From positions 1 through 64,000 of the forward strand of contig CAWJLW010000005.1 in assembly GCA_963843795.1 (NCBI GenBank): a stretch of 64,000 nt of DNA. The letters run 5' to 3'. Below, one piece after another: positions 30,658 through 38,753 of the stretch. Position numbers and translations under genes: made by a program. The stretch's first letter is position 1, and the number at the start of each line of letters is the position of its first letter. Source of the DNA: an uncultured bacterium (lineage in GTDB: Bacteria > Armatimonadota > Abditibacteriia > Abditibacteriales > Abditibacteriaceae). The notes below the pieces were generated by a model. The model ran no database searches. It was not told where the DNA came from and was given only the letters and a program-made list of their open reading frames with translations.

Positions 30658-32420
30658 TATTCTTGCAATAAAGTAACGGCGTCGGTGCTCAAATCGCATT
30701 GGCTCAAAAGTGGTCGTGCGGTTTCGCCGTGCGATTGCAACCAAGTTATCACCTCTTGACCTTCGGATGATAACGATAGCAGAGCTTCACCCACGCTGCC
30801 CATTTTGAAAAAGTCGATAAAAAGTTCTAACCGCTTAGCGGGGCGGTCGTATTCGCGCGCTAAGAGCAGTTGAGTTTCAGGCTTGGCTTGGCGCGCGATG
30901 GGCGTTTGCAGGAATTGGTCGCGCTGAATTTCGATATGGCGCAGAAACGCTGTAAAGGCCGCAGGAGCGCTTTGTTTGACCTGCCCTACCCTTTTCACTA
31001 AATCGGCGACAAGCGCTTGATTTTGGGCTTCCTGGGCTTCCCGCACGCGTTGCTGGGCTTCTTGGCGAGCGCGGCTTTTCTGTTTTGCGACTTCCAATGC
31101 TGCTCGCTCGGCTTCAAAGCGACTTTCGTATTGCACGATGCCGTTCAAGTTGGCTGGCGCATAACTGGTCTTGTCCGCTTCGTTTTTGGCGTAATCGACC
31201 AGTGCCATCGCATTTTCAAAACCGTGTTGCTCAATCAAGCGTGCCGCCTGTGTTAATTCTTTGGGATTCAGCACGCCCTTGAGCGTAGCGCCGTGAAACT
31301 GCTGATGAAAATAGCGCACCAAAAGTTGCTCATCGGGTTCGTCGTAGCTTTTAGCCTCACCTGCAATGGCCTTTAATCGCCTTCCCTGGCTCTTTTTTGG
31401 CTTTTCTAGCATAATAGCGTCTTCTGACTCATCTGAAGGCAAGGCGTCGGTTTTAGGGGCCTTAGCGGCGTTTTTTCGTTTAGAAAGGGAATTTTTGCGG
31501 ATCACGATTTTGTAGTCGTTTCCATCCTGAGTTTTTTCGATGTGTGTGCTGAGAGTGCCGCCCGTCGTCACCGGTGCTCCTTCCAATTCCCGCAGGGCGC
31601 GTTCAAGCACGCGCTTGCGCGCCGAAGGATGGCGATAAGTTTCGCTTTCCAAACCTAACTCTTCAAACAATTCCTGACTGCGCCGTTCATATTGGCTTTT
31701 GTCTGCCAGCATCAAATCGAGCCGCACATACAAAAGTTGCGCGATCTCACTGCGAAAGCTCAAAACCGTGGCCAAAAAAATCGGCGTAGTGTAACTCGCT
31801 TCAAGATTGCGCAAAATCTGCCGATGAAACTGAAATTGGCACATCTCAGTTGTGGCGTGCAATTTTCTGCTGCGTCGCGCCACAGCCAGTTCCGAAAGAA
31901 TGTTGAAAGTGTCCAAACGTTCAATGTATTCTCCACTGCCTTTGTCGAAGTAGGAGTCTTCCCAGACAAATAAGACACCGCGCAATTGCAGCAGTGAGCG
32001 TGTGATGGAGCGACGCAGGCTACTGCCCCACTCTTCTCCCAATTCGCGGGCTATTTTTTGCAGGGAAAATTGTACTGGGTGGTCTGGCTGTCCTGCATCG
32101 TCCCAAAATTTGAGCAGGATGTAATAAATTTTTTGGTCGCGTACGGACAGGTTGCCATGTTGGGTAATGCCAATTTCCACTTTGGCAGTGATGCGACTGC
32201 CGTCGGCTAAAATCCGCACTCTTTCCAAAGTGCGCGGGCGCGGATTTTTTTTCGATGAGCTTGGCTCCCAAATCGACCATTTTTCTAAATTAAGTTCCGA
32301 GAACACCATTTCCATCGAATCATTTTCACTTCGGTTTTTCTCTTGGGAATTGTTGGCGTTAACCTCGTTTTCGGTCGAGCCGTTTTCAATGATTTTGGTG
32401 GCTGCTTTTTTAGGTTTCAT
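30657..32420 (-). CDS. Plasmid-type replication initiator protein (Rep-like)
   Basis: 'ELNLEKWSIW', 'RDQKIYYILL', helix-turn-helix-like 'FSLQKIARELG....LRRSITRSLLQL'; lies directly downstream of an iteron array and a parA pair. Confidence 0.78.
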   Translation of the reverse strand: MKPKKAATKIIENGSTENEVNANNSQEKNRSENDSMEMVFSELNLEKWSIWEPSSSKKNPRPRTLERVRILADGSRITAKVEIGITQHGNLSVRDQKIYYILLKFWDDAGQPDHPVQFSLQKIARELGEEWGSSLRRSITRSLLQLRGVLFVWEDSYFDKGSGEYIERLDTFNILSELAVARRSRKLHATTEMCQFQFHRQILRNLEASYTTPIFLATVLSFRSEIAQLLYVRLDLMLADKSQYERRSQELFEELGLESETYRHPSARKRVLERALRELEGAPVTTGGTLSTHIEKTQDGNDYKIVIRKNSLSKRKNAAKAPKTDALPSDESEDAIMLEKPKKSQGRRLKAIAGEAKSYDEPDEQLLVRYFHQQFHGATLKGVLNPKELTQAARLIEQHGFENAMALVDYAKNEADKTSYAPANLNGIVQYESRFEAERAALEVAKQKSRARQEAQQRVREAQEAQNQALVADLVKRVGQVKQSAPAAFTAFLRHIEIQRDQFLQTPIARQAKPETQLLLAREYDRPAKRLELFIDFFKMGSVGEALLSLSSEGQEVITWLQSHGETARPLLSQCDLSTDAVTLLQE

Positions 32421-32605
32421 GGCAGGTGGGATTGGCCGTTCAAATTTTAAAATTTACACACACATTTTCCCTGAAATGCAAAAACGTGAGATTTCTCGCG
32501 TACGTACGCGCGCGTAATGTGTATTTAAGTACTGTATTTAATTGTATTCAGGTCGAAAATAGGGGCTAAAAACCCAGTGTGGCATTGATCTTTTCGAAAC
32601 CTCTG

Positions 32606-32778
32606 TTGTATGAAACACCCCAAGTTTTGTATGAAACACCCCAAGTTTTTGTATGAAACACCCCAAGTTTTGTATGAAACACCCCAAGCGCTTTGTATGA
32701 AACACCCCAAGTTTTGTCTCGATCATCCCAAGCGCTTTGTATGAAACACCCCAAGCGTTTTGCCCTAACAGCCCCAAG
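32606..32778. repeat. Iteron array (candidate oriV): TTGTATGAAACACCCCAAG x6 plus 2 degenerate copies
   Basis: Exact copies at 32606, 32627, 32649, 32670, 32693, 32737; degenerate copies at 32714 and 32760; 21-23 bp period (about two helical turns); AT-rich tract at about 32515-32560. Confidence 0.88.
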
Positions 32779-32878
32779 CAAACCTTTCTTTCTCGTCTCG
32801 AATTCTTGCTCCGTTTCGCGCGGGATTTCCGTCCTGATAATTAACGGATTTTTAAGACCAATCGAGCAAGCAGAAAAA

Positions 32879-32922
32879 CTTTGAAAAAGGTCCTGCAAGT
32901 ACTTGCAGGACCTTTTTCAAAG
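32879..32922. terminator. Perfect 44-bp palindrome centred on GCAAGTACTTGC; possible terminator of the par operon
   Basis: ctttgaaaaaggtcctgcaagt|acttgcaggacctttttcaaag, 30 bp downstream of the small par gene, with a T run on both strands. Confidence 0.6.
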
Positions 32923-32952
32923 CCTTATAGAAAATTAACAAGAAGATGAAGT

Positions 32953-33213
32953 TCAAGATTCATTTGGTTCGCCGAATTTTTCCTTGAGTAAGGCGATGAT
33001 GACTGCGGTTAAACTGGTGTCCTGGCGCTTGGCTTCGGACACCCAGTGACGCCGCCAGTGTTTGGGAACTTTGATGGAAAGATTGACTTCTTCCCGCTGG
33101 TTTTCTGGTAAACCAGTTTTCTGGCTTTCTGGTTTGATGGTATTTTGGTTATCGGCGTTTTTGGCTTTTTGAATGAGCGCGCCATATTTACCGGTGGTGG
33201 TTGCTTTGTTCAT
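32953..33213 (-). CDS. Small ParG-like (ribbon-helix-helix) centromere-binding protein
   Basis: 86 aa, ATGA-coupled to parA. Low-complexity N-terminus, then 'VNLSIKVPKHWRRHWVSEAKRQDTSLTAVIIALLKEKF' (strand-helix-helix pattern). Confidence 0.75.
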   Translation of the reverse strand: MNKATTTGKYGALIQKAKNADNQNTIKPESQKTGLPENQREEVNLSIKVPKHWRRHWVSEAKRQDTSLTAVIIALLKEKFGEPNES

Positions 33214-33827
33214 TGGTTGTTCTCCTTTTGTGTGACGAGGGCGATAACTTCGTCGCCCAGCGCCCGGTAATCTTCCCACGCGCCCTGCGCGCGGGCGTCT
33301 TCCAAGTCGCGAATTGGTTTGCCTTGCAGCGCGGCTTTGGCAAAGCCCACAGTGCGGCGAATCATGGCGTCGAAAACCGGTACGCCGCCTTCGCGCAAAT
33401 CGGCTTGCATCAGTTCGCCCTCGCGGCTTGGCTTGGGAGGCACGACGGTAATTAAGGCGCGATAGTTGGCCGTTCCCAGCACGCGTGCGGTTTGCAGCAT
33501 CGGCTCCAAGCTCACGATGTCGGGCGATGTCGGCAAAATCAGCAGTTCACAGCCTTTGGCCAATTCGCTCAAATCGTCGGAATCGGGACGCGCTGGTGTA
33601 TCGATGACGATGAATTCGGCGTCGCCTACCACACGCATCGCCTGACGTTGATCGACGACCGCAAAGGGTAAACCCTCACCGCGTTCGGCCCAGCTAATCG
33701 CGGTGTGATTGGCGTCGCCATCTACTAAAACGGTTTTGCCACGCTCCGAAAAATAGGTTGCTAAATGAATGGCCGTTGTGCTTTTGCCGATCCCGCCTTT
33801 GTAGCCGGTGACGGTGATGATAGTCAT
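33210..33827 (-). CDS. parA: ParA family partition ATPase (short, ParF-like type Ib)
   Basis: Deviant Walker A 'KGGIGKST', 'LVDGD', Walker B 'IVIDTP'; 205 aa with no N-terminal HTH. Confidence 0.93.
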   Translation of the reverse strand: MTIITVTGYKGGIGKSTTAIHLATYFSERGKTVLVDGDANHTAISWAERGEGLPFAVVDQRQAMRVVGDAEFIVIDTPARPDSDDLSELAKGCELLILPTSPDIVSLEPMLQTARVLGTANYRALITVVPPKPSREGELMQADLREGGVPVFDAMIRRTVGFAKAALQGKPIRDLEDARAQGAWEDYRALGDEVIALVTQKENNQ

Positions 33828-33840
33828 ATTTTCTCCCCTT

Positions 33841-33916
33841 CTAGCAAGCTGGCTTACCTGTATTCTGGTAAACCAGCATTCTGGTTTTCTGGCAAACCAG
33901 CTTACCAGTAAACTGG
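33841..33916. promoter_or_regulatory. Array of CTGG/CCAG boxes at 8-bp period upstream of parA (candidate operator/centromere)
   Basis: Boxes at 33849, 33865, 33873, 33881, 33889, 33897, 33905, 33913, with variants at 33841 and 33857; includes an exact ctggcaaaccagctt. Confidence 0.75.
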
Positions 33917-34047
33917 TCGGAAATCAAGCATGGGAAAAGGGCAATTGGCGGCAGAACAAATCGAGAAATAAATAATTTACGATTTTGGTGCACACTGAGA
34001 GTGTCATGGCGCAGTAAATTTTCGGGCCACGTTCAAGGAGTTCTCTG

Positions 34048-36582
34048 ATGAAGATGTTTTCGTTCTCAATCAGTGGGATCGCTAAATCGCTGAGCCATTC
34101 TGGACTTTTGTTGGAATTTGCTTTGATCTGTGCGCTGGCTTTTCCGAGTCGGGTAGTGTGGGCGCAGGAAGAGCTTTCCGGGCGTCCACAACTGGTTTTG
34201 GATAGCGCGCCGCGAAGCATTTTTTGTGTCGATTGGTCGCCAGATGGAAAACTTCTGGCGAGCGGGACGAGCTTTGGCGCTGTGCGTTTATGGGACGCGC
34301 ACACGGGGGCCTTGCTGCGCGCTTTAGAAGACGTGACGAAATTGAGCGAGAGTACGACGGTGAACACGATTGCGTTTTCGCCGGACGGCAGGTTTTTGGC
34401 CCTCGGGAATAATTTGTTTGAAATCAAGATTTGGGATGTGCAGAAAGGCCAAGTCGTGCATCGTCTGCAACAGGAAAAAGGCCGAAGCAATGTTCTTGGC
34501 ATGGTATTTCGCGCGCATCAGAACCAGATTTTGTCAGTTGCATGGTCACCGGATGGCAAAACTCTGGCGAGTGGCAGCATGGATCGAACGGCGGCGTTAT
34601 GGGATGTGGCAGCCGAAATGCGACTTTATACGCTGCAGGGACATAAAGATGCGGTCACAGGTGTGGCATTTTCGCCTGATGGGAAAACTTTGGCGACCGT
34701 CAGTGAAGAAATGAAGCTGTGGGACGTACAGAGCGGCGCGCCCAAAGGTGGATTGGATTTGAAAGGCGACATTGACGCAGGCGCGGATATCGGGACAGTA
34801 GATTGGTCGCCCGATGGAAAGACAGTGGCACTGGCCATGACACCGCTTTTGTTGTGGGATGTGGCTTCGCAGATGGTGAGTAACGCGGGCAAAATTTCCA
34901 CCGCGCCTTTTCTGGGCGACAATTTTGTTGCCCGATTTTCACCGGATAGCAGTGTGGTGGCCACAGGGCACGGGCCAGTTGCTGGCGAGGGCAGTGTGCT
35001 GCTTTGGGACGCGAAAACTTCTCAGGTAAAACGAACGCTGCGCGGGTATAAAAAAGCTGTCGGCGACCTGGCCTTTTCGCCCGATGGCAAACGCCTTGTC
35101 AGTGTGGGGTTGGAAGGCGAACTGAAAATCTGGTCGCTTCAGGACGAGCGCCCGCCGGTTACTCTGGTTCCGTTCGATGGCAAACGCAGCGACTGGCTCG
35201 CGAGAACTGAAGAAGGTTTTTACGATGCGCCCGATTCAATGTGGATCGAAAAAGAAGTCAAGTGGCGCGTTGGTGCTCAGGATTTGCCATTCGAGACTTA
35301 CGCGACAACCTTTCGCCGTCCCGACATTGTGCGGCGCTTGTTGCAGCCCGAAGCCATCGCGGCCAATTCCGAAATTGGCCGGTTACTGGCCACACGCAGC
35401 GCGCCACCGATGGTAGCTTTCATTGCGCCTGCCACGAAAGAAAAAATCAAGGGTGAAACCGCTGCATTGCAAGTTATAGTTAGCGATGAACTGGCCGAGC
35501 AGAAGTTGGAATTTCGCGTCGACGGGCGACCGGTGGCGGTAACATTTAGCGTTGGTGAACCGCAAGCCATTACCGACGCCAATCGTGCGCAAGTACTTGC
35601 AGGTAAACCGGTGCCCGCTTCGCACGCCATCGCGCGACGTTATAGTGCCACGATTCCTCTGCCGCCGGGCGAAAGCACAATTCTCGTGCGGGCTATCGCG
35701 CGCGACACCAGCGGTCTGGAAGGCAGCGCCGATATTTCACTCGAGCGCGAACTGGTCACAACGCGCGGTGTCGCGCTTTCTACCCTGCGCGGCGATGAAA
35801 AGCGCGAAGCCGAAAAGCAGTTTCAGGGCGATTTGCACGTTATATCGGTCGGTGTCAGCAAATACAAAAATCCCGATTATAATTTGTCCTATGCGGTTGC
35901 CGATGCCGAAGCGTTTGCCAAGTTGTGGCCGCCAATGAAAGATCGTTTATACACCGATGTTTTCACTACCGAACTGGTCGATGACAAAGCCACTACGCCC
36001 GCGCTTCAAGCCGCGCTGGATAAGTTAACGCAGACGACAACCAACAAAGATACTGTAATGATTTTCTTGGCTGGTCATGGTGTGCGCGTGGATGATCAGG
36101 ATTTCTACTTTGGCACGCACGAGATAGATTTCAAGAACCCCGCACAGACCAGTTTGCCGTGGACGTCGCTGACCGGTGTTTTGGCCAAAGTTCCGGCCAA
36201 GCGCGTGGTGATGTTTCTCGATGCCTGTCATTCTGGTTCGGCACTGGGCGAAAAGCGCGCCTCGAACGATCTTATGGCTGAACCTTTGATCAAACGTGCT
36301 GGTGTCATGGTGTTCGCCAGCAGTCGGGGCGATCAGGTTTCGCTGGAAAGTGCTCAGTGGAAGCACGGCGCGTTTACCAAAGCAGTGTTGGAAGGCATCG
36401 CCGAAGGCGAGGCGAACTTGGATGGTGTCGGTGGCAAAAACGGCGATATTACCGCCGTCGAATTGTTGTTCTATGTGCAAGAACGCGTGTTCGATCTGAC
36501 CGATGGCAAGCAGCGACCGGCCTGTCCACTAATGCAGGATTTCGGCGCACCATTTAATCTGGCGCGGCTGCCGAACGAGTAG
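34048..36582 (+). CDS. Exported WD40-repeat protein with C-terminal caspase-like (peptidase C14) domain
   Basis: Repeated 'WSPDGK.LASG.......WD'; catalytic dyad 'FLAGHG' and 'FLDACHSG'; N-terminal hydrophobic signal ending VWA. Confidence 0.9.
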   Translation: MKMFSFSISGIAKSLSHSGLLLEFALICALAFPSRVVWAQEELSGRPQLVLDSAPRSIFCVDWSPDGKLLASGTSFGAVRLWDAHTGALLRALEDVTKLSESTTVNTIAFSPDGRFLALGNNLFEIKIWDVQKGQVVHRLQQEKGRSNVLGMVFRAHQNQILSVAWSPDGKTLASGSMDRTAALWDVAAEMRLYTLQGHKDAVTGVAFSPDGKTLATVSEEMKLWDVQSGAPKGGLDLKGDIDAGADIGTVDWSPDGKTVALAMTPLLLWDVASQMVSNAGKISTAPFLGDNFVARFSPDSSVVATGHGPVAGEGSVLLWDAKTSQVKRTLRGYKKAVGDLAFSPDGKRLVSVGLEGELKIWSLQDERPPVTLVPFDGKRSDWLARTEEGFYDAPDSMWIEKEVKWRVGAQDLPFETYATTFRRPDIVRRLLQPEAIAANSEIGRLLATRSAPPMVAFIAPATKEKIKGETAALQVIVSDELAEQKLEFRVDGRPVAVTFSVGEPQAITDANRAQVLAGKPVPASHAIARRYSATIPLPPGESTILVRAIARDTSGLEGSADISLERELVTTRGVALSTLRGDEKREAEKQFQGDLHVISVGVSKYKNPDYNLSYAVADAEAFAKLWPPMKDRLYTDVFTTELVDDKATTPALQAALDKLTQTTTNKDTVMIFLAGHGVRVDDQDFYFGTHEIDFKNPAQTSLPWTSLTGVLAKVPAKRVVMFLDACHSGSALGEKRASNDLMAEPLIKRAGVMVFASSRGDQVSLESAQWKHGAFTKAVLEGIAEGEANLDGVGGKNGDITAVELLFYVQERVFDLTDGKQRPACPLMQDFGAPFNLARLPNE

Positions 36583-36608
36583 AGCGCGGCAAGTACTTGC
36601 CGCGCATT

Positions 36609-38657
36609 TTACGCGGCGTGCGGGACTTCGAGCGGGCGTTCACGATGAAGCAAAACCCAATCGCCGTTTTCAAGCAGCGCTTCGCGGCCCAGTTCGCGAA
36701 TTAAATTTTGGGCGTCCTGGTATTTTTCCTCATCAAGCAAAGTTTCCAGACGGCGATTGGCGTTATCGAACAACACACTCATGCGGCCAAATTGCTTGGC
36801 GTGCTCCGAGCGCGCTTTTTGCTGGTTGTAGCCATGCAGCAAACCGGCGCACACGGCCAACATGATGATGAGAATCATGATAATGCCGTGAACCAGGGGA
36901 ATTTCGACCCAGTGTTTAAAAGCCACCAAAGCTGGAAGCGGGAAGAGAATCGGCAAAGTCAGCGCGAGCGCAAGGAGAACTGTAACAGCAACGCTCAAGC
37001 CGATCAAACGCTGAATGCGCTGCTCGTCGGATTCAAGCTTTTTGTGTTCCTGACGCGCTTTGTGCGCGTAGTATTTGCTTTGGTCTTCCACCCAGTTTTC
37101 ACGAACCTGCGTTAAATCGTTGCCCAGTTGCTGCTTGTCGGGCGTGGCGGAACCGGCGGCGATTTCGCTGACGTTATCGGCATCTGTTGAAATATTCCAC
37201 ACCCGCAGAGCATTACGAATCCATTCCAGTTCGCCGCGCTGCTTGCCCAGATAATGCTCGGCGACCGAATCCTTCAAACCCGCCATACGCCAGAAAATTT
37301 GCACCCGCAGCCCTTCGGCCAGCGCGCGATAATCCTGATATTTGTTCTGATAATCGTGATGTTCAGCGCGACGATGCATTATCACATTGGCTACGATGAT
37401 GACCAGATAAATCAGCAAAAACCATGGTACCAACGACAAAACATTACCCGCATCATGAGTCCCTTCGGCGTGAGCGCCAGCTGCCACGCCTTCAGCGTGA
37501 ACTGCTCCATGCGTTGTGTTTTCGCCATCCGTTGTGTTTTCGCCATGCGTTGCGGTTTCTGCGTTCGGAGCCGAAGCACTATGAGTTTTTTCACCTGAAG
37601 AAGCCGCCAAAGCTTCGGCCATCAAAGTGGGAACTGTGGCGTGTTCGGCGGAACTGTCCGCGGGATGCGGATGAGGCAGCGAATGGAACAGATTGAAGCA
37701 CAAAGCGGCAACCAGAACCGAAGCGAAAACGCGGTCAAGGGTTTTGGAAGTGAGCTGCGCGAAATAAATTGCTAACGTGTCGGCGATAGCGTAAGAGCGT
37801 AATGTCGGACGCGCGTCTTCGGGCAGCGTTTGTGCCAGCGGCGGCGCATCTTTGGCCTGAGCAGGAAATAAGTATTGAACGCTTTGCGCGGTTTTCTCAT
37901 TTAGCATGGCTTCATGCTGCACGGCATCGCGATTGAAACCTTCCATGCGCTCGTAGATGCGATTGTAATCTTCGGCATCGGAGTTGAGCGGGAAAAGTTC
38001 GCGGCGCGATAAGGCAGGGTAGGGGGTTATCGGATTGCTTTTGTGCGGTGTGACGATGTGATAAACCGGGCCAGTCGCGACCGAATCGAGCGGGTCTTGC
38101 GAAACGTAGGGTTCGGGCACGCCATTCAATTTGAAGTGAACCACGTCCGCTGTGCCGCCCAATTTTTCGCCTTGTTCGCTTTTCACGCCATCCCACAGCG
38201 CGAAGAAAATCTGGCTGTGGCGCGCCACGTAAGCGCCGACCATCGCGTATTGATGGTTGCGTGCTTCGCCATCGATACCGACATCTTCGCGCGTGTTATT
38301 GTCTACATAAGGCATTTCAAACCATTGATCGGCTTCTTTCAATAAATCGGCGAACTCGCGGCGCGAAGCCTGCGTTTCAAAATCCTGCTCATATAAATCG
38401 CGCGGTAGCGGCAGCGGCACGATTAAACGCGCGCCGAATTCCAGACCGATGCGCGCGGCCATGCGGTCGGCGCCCTCAGCGAGTGGTGATAAAAGCAGTA
38501 GCGGCGTGTGCGGATAGCGCGCGCTGATTTCGTGAAAAACATCGCGAATTTTTTCTTCTAACAGCGGCAAATCTTGGTCGCGCAAATCGCGGTGTCCAGT
38601 CACGCTGATCGCCAGTGGCAACGGCCCTTTTTTGACCGAATCGATTTGTGTATTCAT
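36609..38657 (-). CDS. SLOG-like nucleotide-binding domain fused to SLATT-like transmembrane modules
   Basis: N-terminal 'ISVTGHRDL...LLSPLAEGADR...IVPLP...ALWDG...GGTADVV' (SLOG/YspA-like). Two pairs of TM helices, followed by 'YQDYRALAEGLRVQIFW' and 'LGREALLENGDW..LHR'. Confidence 0.72.
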   Translation of the reverse strand: MNTQIDSVKKGPLPLAISVTGHRDLRDQDLPLLEEKIRDVFHEISARYPHTPLLLLSPLAEGADRMAARIGLEFGARLIVPLPLPRDLYEQDFETQASRREFADLLKEADQWFEMPYVDNNTREDVGIDGEARNHQYAMVGAYVARHSQIFFALWDGVKSEQGEKLGGTADVVHFKLNGVPEPYVSQDPLDSVATGPVYHIVTPHKSNPITPYPALSRRELFPLNSDAEDYNRIYERMEGFNRDAVQHEAMLNEKTAQSVQYLFPAQAKDAPPLAQTLPEDARPTLRSYAIADTLAIYFAQLTSKTLDRVFASVLVAALCFNLFHSLPHPHPADSSAEHATVPTLMAEALAASSGEKTHSASAPNAETATHGENTTDGENTTHGAVHAEGVAAGAHAEGTHDAGNVLSLVPWFLLIYLVIIVANVIMHRRAEHHDYQNKYQDYRALAEGLRVQIFWRMAGLKDSVAEHYLGKQRGELEWIRNALRVWNISTDADNVSEIAAGSATPDKQQLGNDLTQVRENWVEDQSKYYAHKARQEHKKLESDEQRIQRLIGLSVAVTVLLALALTLPILFPLPALVAFKHWVEIPLVHGIIMILIIMLAVCAGLLHGYNQQKARSEHAKQFGRMSVLFDNANRRLETLLDEEKYQDAQNLIRELGREALLENGDWVLLHRERPLEVPHAA

Positions 38658-38753
38658 AATTTTGTGCAGATGAAAGGGGAAGATGAAAGAAGATGGCGTT
38701 ACATTCTCTTTTTGAGCCGCAAGTACTTGCAGGGCGAACTCTTCTCTCCCTTC

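Noticed and set aside
32497..32510. Palindrome cgcgtacgtacgcg upstream of rep
   Set aside because: Single short low-complexity palindrome. It may be an operator, but nothing else supports that.
32525..32898. Short ORFs with 'LGCFIQ/WGVSYK' repeats; CRISPR-like appearance
   Set aside because: These are translations of the iterons; gaps between repeats are only 2-4 bp.
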